Positions 51,221-60,968 of a stretch of 64,000 nucleotides of DNA are shown piece by piece. Position 1 is the first letter of the stretch. Each line of letters starts with the position of its first letter. The notes below the pieces were generated by a model, which saw only the letters and a program-made list of their open reading frames with translations, did no database searches and was not told the DNA's origin. The position numbers and the translations under genes were made by a program. The DNA comes from Candidatus Thermosaccharophagus tengchongensis (GTDB lineage Bacteria; Armatimonadota; Fervidibacteria; Fervidibacterales; Thermosaccharophagaceae), in NCBI GenBank assembly GCA_032161105.1, contig JAVHTD010000009.1; one strand, written 5' to 3'.

Positions 51221-52012
51221 ATGTTTGTGAAAGCCATATTGTGCAGGTTGCGCAGGGCTGTTAATTGGCACCTTAACACCATATGCTGTGCCATCTCTTT
51301 CCTCACGATTGTGCCGATGCCTCGCCCACACTCGGAAAGCGCCATCAAGATGTGCAGTTGGCTCTTTCCATTTGTCGGGTTGCTCATTGGTGCTCTAATA
51401 GCCACGGTGGACAGCCTGCTTCTTCTGCTCATGCCCGAAAGCGCGACGAGTGCCATAACCGTCGGAATGCTTGCGGCTATCACTGGTGGACTTCACCTTG
51501 ATGGGCTGGCAGATTTGGCGGATGCAATTGGCAGCCTTAAGGACAGGCGGGGGCAACTTGAAGTGATGCGTGATGCGCACATCGGCGCTTTGGGGGCTGC
51601 GAGTGTGTGCATTGTGCTGCTGTTAAAGTATGCCCTCATAGCCTCCGTTAATCCGCCTCTGAGGTGGGTTGCACTCTCGCTTGCGCCGATGCTCGGGAGG
51701 TATTGCGCTGCGCTATCAATGCTCCTCTTCCCGTATGCGCGCTCCGAAGATGGGATAGCCTTTCGCATGAGAGAACACAGGATGGAGCAACTCATCGCGG
51801 CAACGGCATACACAGTCATAGCAGTGCATGCTGCTGCAAGCTATGTCGGGCACATCAGCATGTGGTTGTGCATCGTGATCACCCTCCTCATTTCACTGCG
51901 ATTGACGAAGAGGTTTGGTGGTCTGACCGGCGATTGCTATGGGGCGACGGTTGAAATATGTGAGACGGCATCGTTATTCGCCTTTGCCATGCTGCAAAAG
52001 GTTTTCCTGTGA
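51221..52012 (+). CDS. cobS: Cobalamin synthase
   Basis: FLTIVP, TGGLHLDGLAD, MRD..IGA.G, GGLTGDCYGA. Confidence 0.93.
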   Translation: MFVKAILCRLRRAVNWHLNTICCAISFLTIVPMPRPHSESAIKMCSWLFPFVGLLIGALIATVDSLLLLLMPESATSAITVGMLAAITGGLHLDGLADLADAIGSLKDRRGQLEVMRDAHIGALGAASVCIVLLLKYALIASVNPPLRWVALSLAPMLGRYCAALSMLLFPYARSEDGIAFRMREHRMEQLIAATAYTVIAVHAAASYVGHISMWLCIVITLLISLRLTKRFGGLTGDCYGATVEICETASLFAFAMLQKVFL

Positions 52013-52034
52013 GTGTGAACGGAGCAATACCCAG

Positions 52035-52047
52035 TGTGCGCTATACT
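52035..52047 (+). promoter_or_regulatory. Putative -10 promoter for the acs operon (TGTGCGCTATACT)
   Basis: Same motif as at 24089 and 47058, in the cobS-acs gap. Confidence 0.45.
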
Positions 52048-52161
52048 GGTAAAGGGTTTGCTTGACCAAAAGTGAGGGTTAATGGCGGGCAATCACGGTG
52101 CAGATAAGGTGCTTATAAACAGGGAAGGCGAATTAGCCACTTGCAGCGAGGAGTGAGTTCA

Positions 52162-52380
52162 ATGGAGTTCACCACGGAGCGAAGAAAGCGCTTTGATGGA
52201 GTTGAGGTTGAAATACTCGGAGAGACATATGAGCCCGGTAAGCCGCAGCCGGAAGGGGAGGGCGACTGGAAGAGCAAATTGCAGACGATAGAGGAGATTG
52301 AGAAGTATCTCCGTTACGCTGAGCGCTACTGGTATAGCACCGAATGGTATGGCTCCGAGAAGCGCAAGACACCCGCTTAA
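52162..52380 (+). CDS. 72-aa hypothetical protein heading the acs operon
   Basis: GAGGAG RBS; charged, aromatic C-terminus ERYWYSTEWYGSEKRKTPA. Confidence 0.7.
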   Translation: MEFTTERRKRFDGVEVEILGETYEPGKPQPEGEGDWKSKLQTIEEIEKYLRYAERYWYSTEWYGSEKRKTPA

Positions 52381-52431
52381 CCTGCAGCTGTCCATTCCTT
52401 GCCTCAGATGATGAAGCGCAATTGGGGGTGA

Positions 52432-53385
52432 ATGGCTGTGAGTTTAAACATCCCGAAGGAGACCTATGTCGGTCGGATAAGGGAAATCACGATTGGCAGC
52501 GGTGATAAGGCGGTGAAAGTTGGCAACGAAGGCTGCCTACCGTTCTACACATTTGAGGGCGAGATGCCAAACCCGGTCCGCATAGCAATGGATGTGTATG
52601 ACTATCCACCTGAGGGCTGGGCGCCTGCGTTGCTTGAAGTTTACGGTGATGTGCTCAACGACCCAATTGCGTGGGCGAAAAAATGCGTTGAGCAATTTGG
52701 CGCTGAGATGATTTGCCTCCAGCTTGCGAGCACTGACCCTTACGGGATGGATAGACCATCCGAGGAGGCGGCACGGATAGCAAAGCAAGTTGCTGATGCA
52801 ATTGATGTGCCGCTCATAATCTGGGGGTGTGGCAACGAGGCAAAGGATGTAGAGACGCTGAGGCTTGTTTGCGAGCTGTGCGAGGGTAAGCGAGTGGTGG
52901 TGGGACCGGTCGTTGAAAAGATCTACGCAAAAGTTGGCGCGCAGGCGATAGCTTATGGGCAAGTTGTGGCAGCCTCCTCGCCAATTGACATTAACCTCGC
53001 AAAGCAACTTAACATACTGCTCTCCAACCTCGGCGTGCCGGATGAGCAAATTTTGATTGACCCGACCGTTGGCGGGCTTGGCTATGGGATTGAATACACA
53101 TATTCGGTGATGGAACGCATCAGAATCGCAGCCCTGCTACACGAGGATGAGCGGCTTGCCTTCCCGATGATTTGCAATGTCGCAAAGGAAGTTTGGGGCA
53201 CAAAGGAAGCCAAGTTGAGCGAGGAGGAAGCGCCACTGCTTGGAAAGGCGAAGGAAAGGGGTATCCTGATGGAAGCAATCACAGCAATGCTGCTTGCGCT
53301 CGCCGGCGCTGATATACTCATCATGCGCCATCCTGACGCAGTTGAGCTTGTCCGGAAGGCTTTGAACGAATTGATGAATGCCTAA
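52432..53385 (+). CDS. acsD: Corrinoid iron-sulfur protein small subunit
   Basis: PFYTFEG, SPIDINLAKQLN, DPT.GGLGYGIEYTYSVMERIR, MRHP. Confidence 0.95.
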   Translation: MAVSLNIPKETYVGRIREITIGSGDKAVKVGNEGCLPFYTFEGEMPNPVRIAMDVYDYPPEGWAPALLEVYGDVLNDPIAWAKKCVEQFGAEMICLQLASTDPYGMDRPSEEAARIAKQVADAIDVPLIIWGCGNEAKDVETLRLVCELCEGKRVVVGPVVEKIYAKVGAQAIAYGQVVAASSPIDINLAKQLNILLSNLGVPDEQILIDPTVGGLGYGIEYTYSVMERIRIAALLHEDERLAFPMICNVAKEVWGTKEAKLSEEEAPLLGKAKERGILMEAITAMLLALAGADILIMRHPDAVELVRKALNELMNA

Positions 53386-53436
53386 TTGCGCAAAGTGCCT
53401 TACGGCGCGATCAATCGGCAAAGGATGGTGATTGAG

Positions 53437-55380
53437 ATGCCTCAAAATAATTACAGCATAGACCCAGCAGTTGTTGAGCTCCTTGAGCGAGCAAAAAGGG
53501 ACGGTGTAATGACAGCCTTTGACAGGGCTGAGGCAATGCGCCCATGCCCAATTGGAAGGGACGGAATATGCTGTAAGCTATGCGCTATGGGACCGTGTCG
53601 CCTGGTTGCACGGAAGGGCGAGGAGCCACCGAGAGGGGTATGCGGTGCAACTCAGGACACAGTTGTGGCGAGGAACTACCTCCGAATAGTGGCGGCTGGA
53701 TGCGCCGCACATGCTGATCACGGGAGGGCTGCAGCCGAGCTTTTGCTTGCGGTAGCTAATGGTGAGACGAAGGACTACGAAATTAAGGACGAGATGAAGC
53801 TGATCAAGCTCGCCATGGACTTCGGGGTTGAGGTATCGGGGCGACGAATTGAGGACATAGCAAGGGATGTGGCGATGTTGGCGCTTGAGGAGTTTGGGAA
53901 GCAGGAGGGCGAATTGGCATTCATCAAGCGTGCACCATTGCGCCGCCAACAGCTTTGGCGAGAACTCGGCATTGTCCCGCGAGGCATTGATAGGGAGATA
54001 ACCGAAGCGTTGCACAGGACACACATGGGCACTGACCAAGATTACGAGAACTTGCTCATGCACGCTGCAAGGGTAGCGCTTGCCGACGGCTGGGGTGGCT
54101 CAATGCTTGCAACCGAAATTCAGGATGTGCTTTTTGGCACTCCCTACCCAACCGTAAGCCAAGTCAACCTCGGCGTTTTAAAGCCAGACCATGTCAACAT
54201 AATCGTGCACGGTCATGAGCCATTGCTCTCGGAAGTAGTCGTGCTCGCTTCAAGGGAGCCGAAGCTTGTAGAGCTCGCGAGGAGCAAGGGTGCAAAGGGA
54301 ATCAACATAGCTGGTATATGTTGCACTGCCAATGAGGTGCTAATGCGCCATGGCATACCGTTAGCCGGAAACTTCCTGCAGCAAGAGGCTGCTCTCCTCA
54401 CTGGCGTGGTTGATGTAATGGTTGTTGATGTGCAGTGCATAATGCAATCGCTGCCTGAGATAGCTGAATGCTATCACGGGCGCATCATAACGACCTCACC
54501 GAGGGCGAAGATAAGGGGCGCAACACACATTGAATTCAACGAGCACAATGCGCTTGACTCCGCAAGGAAGCTCATTGAGATCGCAATTGATGAGTTTGAA
54601 AAGCGCGGTGGGAATGGCTATGTGCCAAACTACGCCGTTGATTTGGTAGCCGGATTCAGTCATGAGACAATCACCTATCTGCTCGGCGGTCTGTTCAGGG
54701 CATCCTATCGCCCATTGAATGACAACATCATCAACGGGCGCATAAGAGGGGTTGCCGGCGTAGTTGGATGCAACAATCCGAGAGTGACTCAGGACAGCGC
54801 CATTGTGACGCTCGTAAAGGAACTCATAAAGAACGATGTTCTCGTCCTTGAGACGGGCTGCGCGGCTATGGCGTGTGCGAAAGCCGGATTGATGAACCCA
54901 GATGAAGCCCTGAAATATACAGGCGATGGTCTTGGTGAGGTCTGTGAGGCGGTTGGCATACCGCCAGTCCTTCATATGGGTTCGTGCGTTGACAACAGCC
55001 GAATATTGATTGCAGCAACAGCGATGGTCAAGGAGGGCGGCTTGGGCGATGACATAAGCGACCTACCCGCAGCCGGTGCAGCACCGGAATGGATGTCGGA
55101 AAAGGCGATAGCCATAGGCATGTATTTCGTTGCGTCGGGCGTCTTCACAGTTTTCGGTGTTCACTATCCGACGCTCGGAAATGAGGCTGTCTCCAACTGG
55201 CTCTTTAGGGATATGGAAAAGCTGTTCAAGGCAAGGTGGGCTTTTGAGCCAGACCCTGAGGAGATGGCGAAATTGATGATCAACCACATTGACCAGAAGC
55301 GCAAGGCACTCGGCATTGATAAGGCGAGGGAGCGAATACTGTTTGACATGGCCATGAGGCGGCAGTTGGAGGCGGTTTAA
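53437..55380 (+). CDS. cooS: Anaerobic [NiFe] carbon monoxide dehydrogenase catalytic subunit
   Basis: CPIG..GICCKLCAMGPC, HGHEP, GICCTANE, GCNN, TGC, GSCVDN, SEKA. Confidence 0.97.
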   Translation: MPQNNYSIDPAVVELLERAKRDGVMTAFDRAEAMRPCPIGRDGICCKLCAMGPCRLVARKGEEPPRGVCGATQDTVVARNYLRIVAAGCAAHADHGRAAAELLLAVANGETKDYEIKDEMKLIKLAMDFGVEVSGRRIEDIARDVAMLALEEFGKQEGELAFIKRAPLRRQQLWRELGIVPRGIDREITEALHRTHMGTDQDYENLLMHAARVALADGWGGSMLATEIQDVLFGTPYPTVSQVNLGVLKPDHVNIIVHGHEPLLSEVVVLASREPKLVELARSKGAKGINIAGICCTANEVLMRHGIPLAGNFLQQEAALLTGVVDVMVVDVQCIMQSLPEIAECYHGRIITTSPRAKIRGATHIEFNEHNALDSARKLIEIAIDEFEKRGGNGYVPNYAVDLVAGFSHETITYLLGGLFRASYRPLNDNIINGRIRGVAGVVGCNNPRVTQDSAIVTLVKELIKNDVLVLETGCAAMACAKAGLMNPDEALKYTGDGLGEVCEAVGIPPVLHMGSCVDNSRILIAATAMVKEGGLGDDISDLPAAGAAPEWMSEKAIAIGMYFVASGVFTVFGVHYPTLGNEAVSNWLFRDMEKLFKARWAFEPDPEEMAKLMINHIDQKRKALGIDKARERILFDMAMRRQLEAV

Positions 55381-55468
55381 AGGGTTACATGGATGCCAAA
55401 TTTGTGGCTGGTCAAAGAAGCATTTGAAAGGCAGCCCATGAGCAGCGCCTGTGGGGAGGGGATATGCG

Positions 55469-57673
55469 ATGTCAAAGTTGATTTGCTCTGCAGCAATCAG
55501 GGGCGCACATAAGATAGTGGCGAGGGCTGAACAAAAGTGGCGAGAGGCGATGGATAGGTGGGGGGCTAAGCAGGAAGTCGGCTTTCCAAACACAGCATAT
55601 TACTTGCCAATCATCTACGGCATAACTGGCATCGCTGTCAAAACGCTCGGCGACATGGAGCAAGTCCTTAAGCTGTGCAGGAGATTGCTCCCGCCGCCGG
55701 TCAGGGAGAAGGTGCACCTTCCGTATCTTGCGCCGGCGCTTGATGCTGGCATGGCTACATTCTTCGCTGAGGAGATAATTGAGGCGATCAAGTATCTTGA
55801 GAATCCGAACATGTATGTTGCGAGCGCGGAAGAGCCAACCGATGAGAACATCTGGCTCGGTGCAGCCGATGATATCATCATGCGAAAGAGGGGCGTTGAA
55901 TTCGTTGATGGAACTGCGCCCGGCTTCGCGGCGATACTCGGTGCACCGCCGGATGTTGATACAGCGGTTCGCATAGCCAGAGAGCTTCAGGAGAAGAACC
56001 TGTATGTCTTCATGTGCTCGGATAACAACGGCGTGAGGATGGCTGAGCAACTTGTGGAAGCCGGCGTGCAAATTGGATGGACGACAAGGCTTGTTCCATT
56101 TGGTCCGGATACCTCGGCGACCGTCTTCTCAATCGGCTTTGCCACGAGGGTCGCAATGGCATTTGGTGGTATAAAGCCCGGCGAGTATAGGCGCATCCTC
56201 ATCTACAACAAGGATAGGGTTTTTGCGTTTGTCCTTGCGCTTGGCTTTGTGACCGACGAATGGTATGCTAATGCGGCTGGGGCAATAAATTGGGGCTTCC
56301 CGACGATAGCCGACACACCCATACCGCAAGTTCTCCCGACGGGCATTTGCACATACGAACATGTTGTCTCAAATGTGCCACACTCGGAGATCGTTTCAAA
56401 GGCAATTGAGGTGCGCGGTCTCAAGGTGACTGTGACCAAGGTGCCAGTGCCAGTTGCCTATGGACCAGCGTTCGAAGGCGAGAGGGTGCGTAAGGCTGAT
56501 CTGTATGTTGAATTTGGTGGCAATAGGTCGCTTGCACTTGAACTTTGCAGGATGCGGCGCATGGATGAAGTGCAAGACGGCAAGATTGAGATCGTCGGTC
56601 CAGACATTGATACTGCCGAAGAGGGCGGTGCAATGCCGCTCGCAATACTCGTTGAGATTGCCGGAAGGAGGATGCAGGAGGACTTTGAGCCGATACTTGA
56701 GCGTCAGATACATCACTTCATCAACTACGCTCAGGGCATCTTCCACATGGGGCAGCGTGATATAGTTTGGTTGCGCATAAGCAAGGGCGCATTCAATCAG
56801 GGCTTCAGGCTCAGACACATTGGAGAGATACTACACGCAAGGTTCCATCAGGACTTTGGAAACATTCTGGACAAGGTTCAAATCACCATATTCACCAACG
56901 AGGAGGATGTGCGCAGGTTGCTTGATGAGGCACGGGCAATATACCATGCAAGGGATGCGCGCATGGAGGGCATGAGAGATGAGGATGTGGACATATTCTA
57001 CTCGTGTGTGCTCTGTCAATCATTTGCGCCAACGCATGTCTGCGTCATAAGCCCAGAGCGCCCGGGATTGTGCGGCGCATACACATGGCTTGATGCGAAG
57101 GCAATGTATGAAGTCAATCCGGAGGGACCAAACCAACCAGTCCAATATGGTGAGTGCATAGACCCGCTCAAGGGTGCATGGAAAGGCGTGAACGAGTTCG
57201 TTAAGAAAGCCTCAAGGGGTGCAATTGATGGCTATAACTTCTACAGCGTTGTGGATAGCCCTATGACAACATGCGGTTGCTGTGAGTGCATAACTGCTGT
57301 CTTGCCGTTGTGCAACGGCGTCATGACTGTAAACCGAGAATACATGGGCATGACGCCGTGCGGTATGAAGTTCACGACGCTCGCCGGAACAATCGGCGGT
57401 GGAGTCAGCACGCCGGGGTTCGTCGGGCATGCGAAGATTTGGATTGTGCAAAGGAAGTGGCTTCAAGGTGATGGCGGGATAAAGAGGCTCGTTTGGATGC
57501 CCAAGATGTTGAAGGAGGAGCTCGGTGAGAGGTTGGTCAAGCGCCTCGCCGAAGTCGGGATGTCGGTTGACATGATTGCCGACGAGACAGTCGGCACTAC
57601 CGAAGAGGAGATATTGCCATACCTGCAGGAGAAAGGGCATCCGGCGCTCGAGATGCCGCCGATAATTGGGTGA
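55469..57673 (+). CDS. acsB: Acetyl-CoA synthase (bacterial type, with N-terminal domain)
   Basis: FPNTAYYLP, CVLCQSFAPTHVC, CGAYTW, PMTTCGCCEC, TPGFVG. Confidence 0.97.
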   Translation: MSKLICSAAIRGAHKIVARAEQKWREAMDRWGAKQEVGFPNTAYYLPIIYGITGIAVKTLGDMEQVLKLCRRLLPPPVREKVHLPYLAPALDAGMATFFAEEIIEAIKYLENPNMYVASAEEPTDENIWLGAADDIIMRKRGVEFVDGTAPGFAAILGAPPDVDTAVRIARELQEKNLYVFMCSDNNGVRMAEQLVEAGVQIGWTTRLVPFGPDTSATVFSIGFATRVAMAFGGIKPGEYRRILIYNKDRVFAFVLALGFVTDEWYANAAGAINWGFPTIADTPIPQVLPTGICTYEHVVSNVPHSEIVSKAIEVRGLKVTVTKVPVPVAYGPAFEGERVRKADLYVEFGGNRSLALELCRMRRMDEVQDGKIEIVGPDIDTAEEGGAMPLAILVEIAGRRMQEDFEPILERQIHHFINYAQGIFHMGQRDIVWLRISKGAFNQGFRLRHIGEILHARFHQDFGNILDKVQITIFTNEEDVRRLLDEARAIYHARDARMEGMRDEDVDIFYSCVLCQSFAPTHVCVISPERPGLCGAYTWLDAKAMYEVNPEGPNQPVQYGECIDPLKGAWKGVNEFVKKASRGAIDGYNFYSVVDSPMTTCGCCECITAVLPLCNGVMTVNREYMGMTPCGMKFTTLAGTIGGGVSTPGFVGHAKIWIVQRKWLQGDGGIKRLVWMPKMLKEELGERLVKRLAEVGMSVDMIADETVGTTEEEILPYLQEKGHPALEMPPIIG

Positions 57674-57706
57674 TGCAGACCGAATGATGTAGAGGGGGCA
57701 TGAGAT

Positions 57707-59062
57707 ATGCCATTGAGTGGCATTGAGATATTCAAGCTGCTTCCAAAAAAGAACTGCGGTGAGTGTGGCGTGCCAACATGCCTTGCATTTGCAATGAACT
57801 TGGCGCAGGGCAAGGCTGAACTTGATGCATGCCCATACATCTCCGATGAGGCAAGGGAAAAGCTGGCTGAGGTTGCTGCACCTCCAATTAGGGAAGTTGT
57901 CATAGGCAGTGATGGCAGAGTTGTGAAAGTCGGCGGTGAAACCGTCCTCTTCAGGCACGAGAAGACATTCGTCAACCCGCCCGGAATAGCCATGCTCATC
58001 AGCGATACGATGGACGATAGCGAAATTGATGCTCGCATTGACAGGATCAACAGCATGGTCTATGACAGAGCCGGATTCATATTGCGCCCTGAGATAGCCG
58101 CGCTGCGCTGCGACTCCGGCAGCAAGGAAAGGTTCACCGATGTAGTCGGGCGGATCATCAGCAGTTCAGATTGCAGCATCATGCTCATCAGCTATGACCC
58201 ATCAATTCAATGTGCTGCGCTTGAGGTATGCAAAGCGAAGCGCCCGCTAATTTACGCCGCCACCAGTGAGAACATTGATGAGATGATGGAGCTGGCAAAG
58301 GAGTATGCATGTCCGCTGGCTGTAAAGGGGAATGGCTTGAGCGAAGTTGCGAGGTTGACATCAACAGCCATTCAAGCCGGCTTAAAGGACCTCCTAATTG
58401 ACACCGGCGCACGCTCGCTCAAGGAGGCTTTCGTGCATCACATAATGCTGAGGAGGGGCGCCCTCATAGGCAAGATTAGGGAGCTTGGCTTCCCGACGGT
58501 TGTCATGGCGTGCGAAATGAGCGACGACCTTTTGATGCAGACGCTCATTGGGGCGATATTCATTGCCAAGTATGGCGGCATAATTGTCCTCTCGGATTTC
58601 CAAGGGCACTCGCTTTATCCGCTCCTGCTTGCGAGGATGAACATTTACACAGACCCGAGAAAGCCGCTTGCAGTTGAAGAGGGCATCTACGAGATAGGAA
58701 AGCCAACGGAAGAATCGCCCGTGCTGCTGACCTGCAACTTTTCTCTCACATACTTCCTCGTCTCAACCGAGATAGAAAACAGCCGAGTGCCATCATGGTT
58801 GCTGGTCAAGGATACCGAGGGGCTTTCGGTGATGACCGCATGGGCTGGCGGCAAATTCACAGCGGATGTGATTGCTCCATTCATCAAGAAGTGCGGCATT
58901 GAGAGCAGAGTTAAGCACCGCAAGCTGATCATACCGGGCTATCTTGCACCCGAGAGCGGCGCGCTTGAAGAGGAACTTGGCGGTGAATGGGAGATACTTG
59001 TCGGTCCAAGAGAAGCAGCAAACATACCTGCATATTTGCGCACCGTCTGGCAAGCTGCCTGA
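57707..59062 (+). CDS. acsC: Corrinoid iron-sulfur protein large subunit
   Basis: LPKKNCGECGVPTCLAFA, FRHEKTF, NFSLTYF, SVMTAWAGGKF. Confidence 0.96.
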   Translation: MPLSGIEIFKLLPKKNCGECGVPTCLAFAMNLAQGKAELDACPYISDEAREKLAEVAAPPIREVVIGSDGRVVKVGGETVLFRHEKTFVNPPGIAMLISDTMDDSEIDARIDRINSMVYDRAGFILRPEIAALRCDSGSKERFTDVVGRIISSSDCSIMLISYDPSIQCAALEVCKAKRPLIYAATSENIDEMMELAKEYACPLAVKGNGLSEVARLTSTAIQAGLKDLLIDTGARSLKEAFVHHIMLRRGALIGKIRELGFPTVVMACEMSDDLLMQTLIGAIFIAKYGGIIVLSDFQGHSLYPLLLARMNIYTDPRKPLAVEEGIYEIGKPTEESPVLLTCNFSLTYFLVSTEIENSRVPSWLLVKDTEGLSVMTAWAGGKFTADVIAPFIKKCGIESRVKHRKLIIPGYLAPESGALEEELGGEWEILVGPREAANIPAYLRTVWQAA

Positions 59063-59225
59063 GGTCAATGCAACCTCGTCATAAAGGTTGCTGAATGCGA
59101 ATTGAAGGGTGCCCTATGTGGGGCGGGATCTTCCATTGCAGTTAACTCCGCGCCTTAAGTGAGCTTGTTTGGCGATGGCTATATTGCACGGGCGGGAAAA
59201 TCGCCCTATGCAGGGGTGGTGAGAG

Positions 59226-60104
59226 ATGATCCTTGTGGGTGAGAACATCAACATCATGTCAAAGACGATAGGGGCTGCGATAAGAAATCGCGATGCGGCT
59301 ACAATACAGCAGCTTGCAAGGCAGCAAGCGGGAGCCGGGATGGATTACCTTGACCTCAACATTGGGCCGGCGAGGAGAGACGGTCCCGAGCTTATGGAGT
59401 GGATAGTTAAGACGGTGCAAGAGGTCGTTGAATTGCCGCTGTCACTTGATACAACGAATCCGGATGCAATGGAAGCCGGCTTGAAGGTGCACCGTGGTAA
59501 GGCGATCATCAACTCAATCTCACTTCAACCGGAGAGGCTTGAGAGGATGCTTCCACTTGCCAAGCAATATGGCGCTGCAGTTGTCGGACTGCTGTGGGGC
59601 ACCGAGGGAATGCCGAGGGATGCGGATGACCGTGCCGCATTATGCGTTGAACTTGTCCAAAGGGTTATGGATGCCGGCGTCCCGCCGGAGGACATCCTGA
59701 TTGACCCCATTGTCACACCAGTTTCAGCCGACATAGGGCAGGTGATTGCGGTAGTTGAGTTCATGAGCGCCTTTAAGGACCTTGCGCCCGGATGCAAGTC
59801 CATCGTCGGCTTATCAAATGTCTCCAATGGAACTCCAACTGAGCTGCGCCCACATTTGAATCGTGCATACCTTGCGATGCTCATGAAGTATGGCTTAGAT
59901 GCGGCGATAGTCAACGCTTTTGATGAGGAGTTGGTTAAGCTCGCAAGGGGTGAGATGCCGGAGATACTGAACTTGGTTCACCGCATAATGGATGGCGAAA
60001 GATTTGATGTGAACGAGTTGCCCGAGAAAGAGCGCATATACGCAAAGACGACGCTTGTGCTCATGGGAAAAGTCGTTTACTCGCACTCGTGGCTTGAAGC
60101 CTGA
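59226..60104 (+). CDS. acsE: Methyltetrahydrofolate:corrinoid methyltransferase
   Basis: Pterin-binding barrel: GENIN, LDLNIG, LSLDTTN, IINS, DP, GLSNVS; acs context. Confidence 0.88.
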   Translation: MILVGENINIMSKTIGAAIRNRDAATIQQLARQQAGAGMDYLDLNIGPARRDGPELMEWIVKTVQEVVELPLSLDTTNPDAMEAGLKVHRGKAIINSISLQPERLERMLPLAKQYGAAVVGLLWGTEGMPRDADDRAALCVELVQRVMDAGVPPEDILIDPIVTPVSADIGQVIAVVEFMSAFKDLAPGCKSIVGLSNVSNGTPTELRPHLNRAYLAMLMKYGLDAAIVNAFDEELVKLARGEMPEILNLVHRIMDGERFDVNELPEKERIYAKTTLVLMGKVVYSHSWLEA

Positions 60105-60215
60105 GCCGAGTTCCGTGCACCATTTGAGTAATGCTAAACATCCATGTTGGGATCGGAAACACAAGACGCAATTTGCGCTTCTAACTTAAGCCTCTAATTT
60201 TGGGCTGTAAGAGCC

Positions 60216-60875
60216 GTGAGGGTGATGATGCCATTCAACACCATCCCAAAGGATGAGCATGAGGGGCACAAAATAGCCTATGAACTCTCAAAGGAAGGCT
60301 TGAGGGCGCTTGATATCAAACTGCAATGTGAACTTGCTGGTGCGCACTTTGTTGAGGGGGAGCGTAAAGCTCGCCTGAAGCTGCTCGGTGATGTCTACGA
60401 AATTTCGCTTCCTGATTGCGATGTCAGGTGTGTGACGGATGAGGATGCACCAATCCACCTGAAGATACTCGCATTGCACTACCTCACACAAGCCACCGGT
60501 AAGCCGCTCACAGGCAGGTTGATTGACTTTAGGGAATTGCCCGGCGGGATCGCTTACCATGTGAGCTTTGATAGCCGCGTGAAGAAGCCGCTAATAAACG
60601 CATTTGGTGATGACGATGGGAGCAAGTTGCGCCAAGCTGCTATGCGCCTTGATGCGGAAGATGTGAACTACGGCGATGTCGGATTGAGGATATGGGCGCT
60701 ACCGAAGGTGCCAATCATAATCGCCTTCTGGGCAGCAGATGAGGAGATGCCGGCGAGCATCAGCATCCTCTTTGACTCATCCATATCGGACTATCTTACA
60801 ACCGAGGATGTGGCAGTCCTCGGCGAGCACTTAGCCGAGAAACTCATAACCGCAGCTAAAACGATGCAGCGGTAA
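60216..60875 (+). CDS. DUF3786 family protein
   Basis: ILALHYL, FRELPGG, LPKVP...W..DEE.PA....LFD......L..ED. Confidence 0.8.
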   Translation: MRVMMPFNTIPKDEHEGHKIAYELSKEGLRALDIKLQCELAGAHFVEGERKARLKLLGDVYEISLPDCDVRCVTDEDAPIHLKILALHYLTQATGKPLTGRLIDFRELPGGIAYHVSFDSRVKKPLINAFGDDDGSKLRQAAMRLDAEDVNYGDVGLRIWALPKVPIIIAFWAADEEMPASISILFDSSISDYLTTEDVAVLGEHLAEKLITAAKTMQR

Positions 60876-60968
60876 AATTTTGATTCCCTGTGAGATGGCC
60901 GGGGCTAATTCAAAGCCGCTGAATGTGGACGATTTCAGCCGTTTGAGTGAAGGGGGCGAAATGACAAG

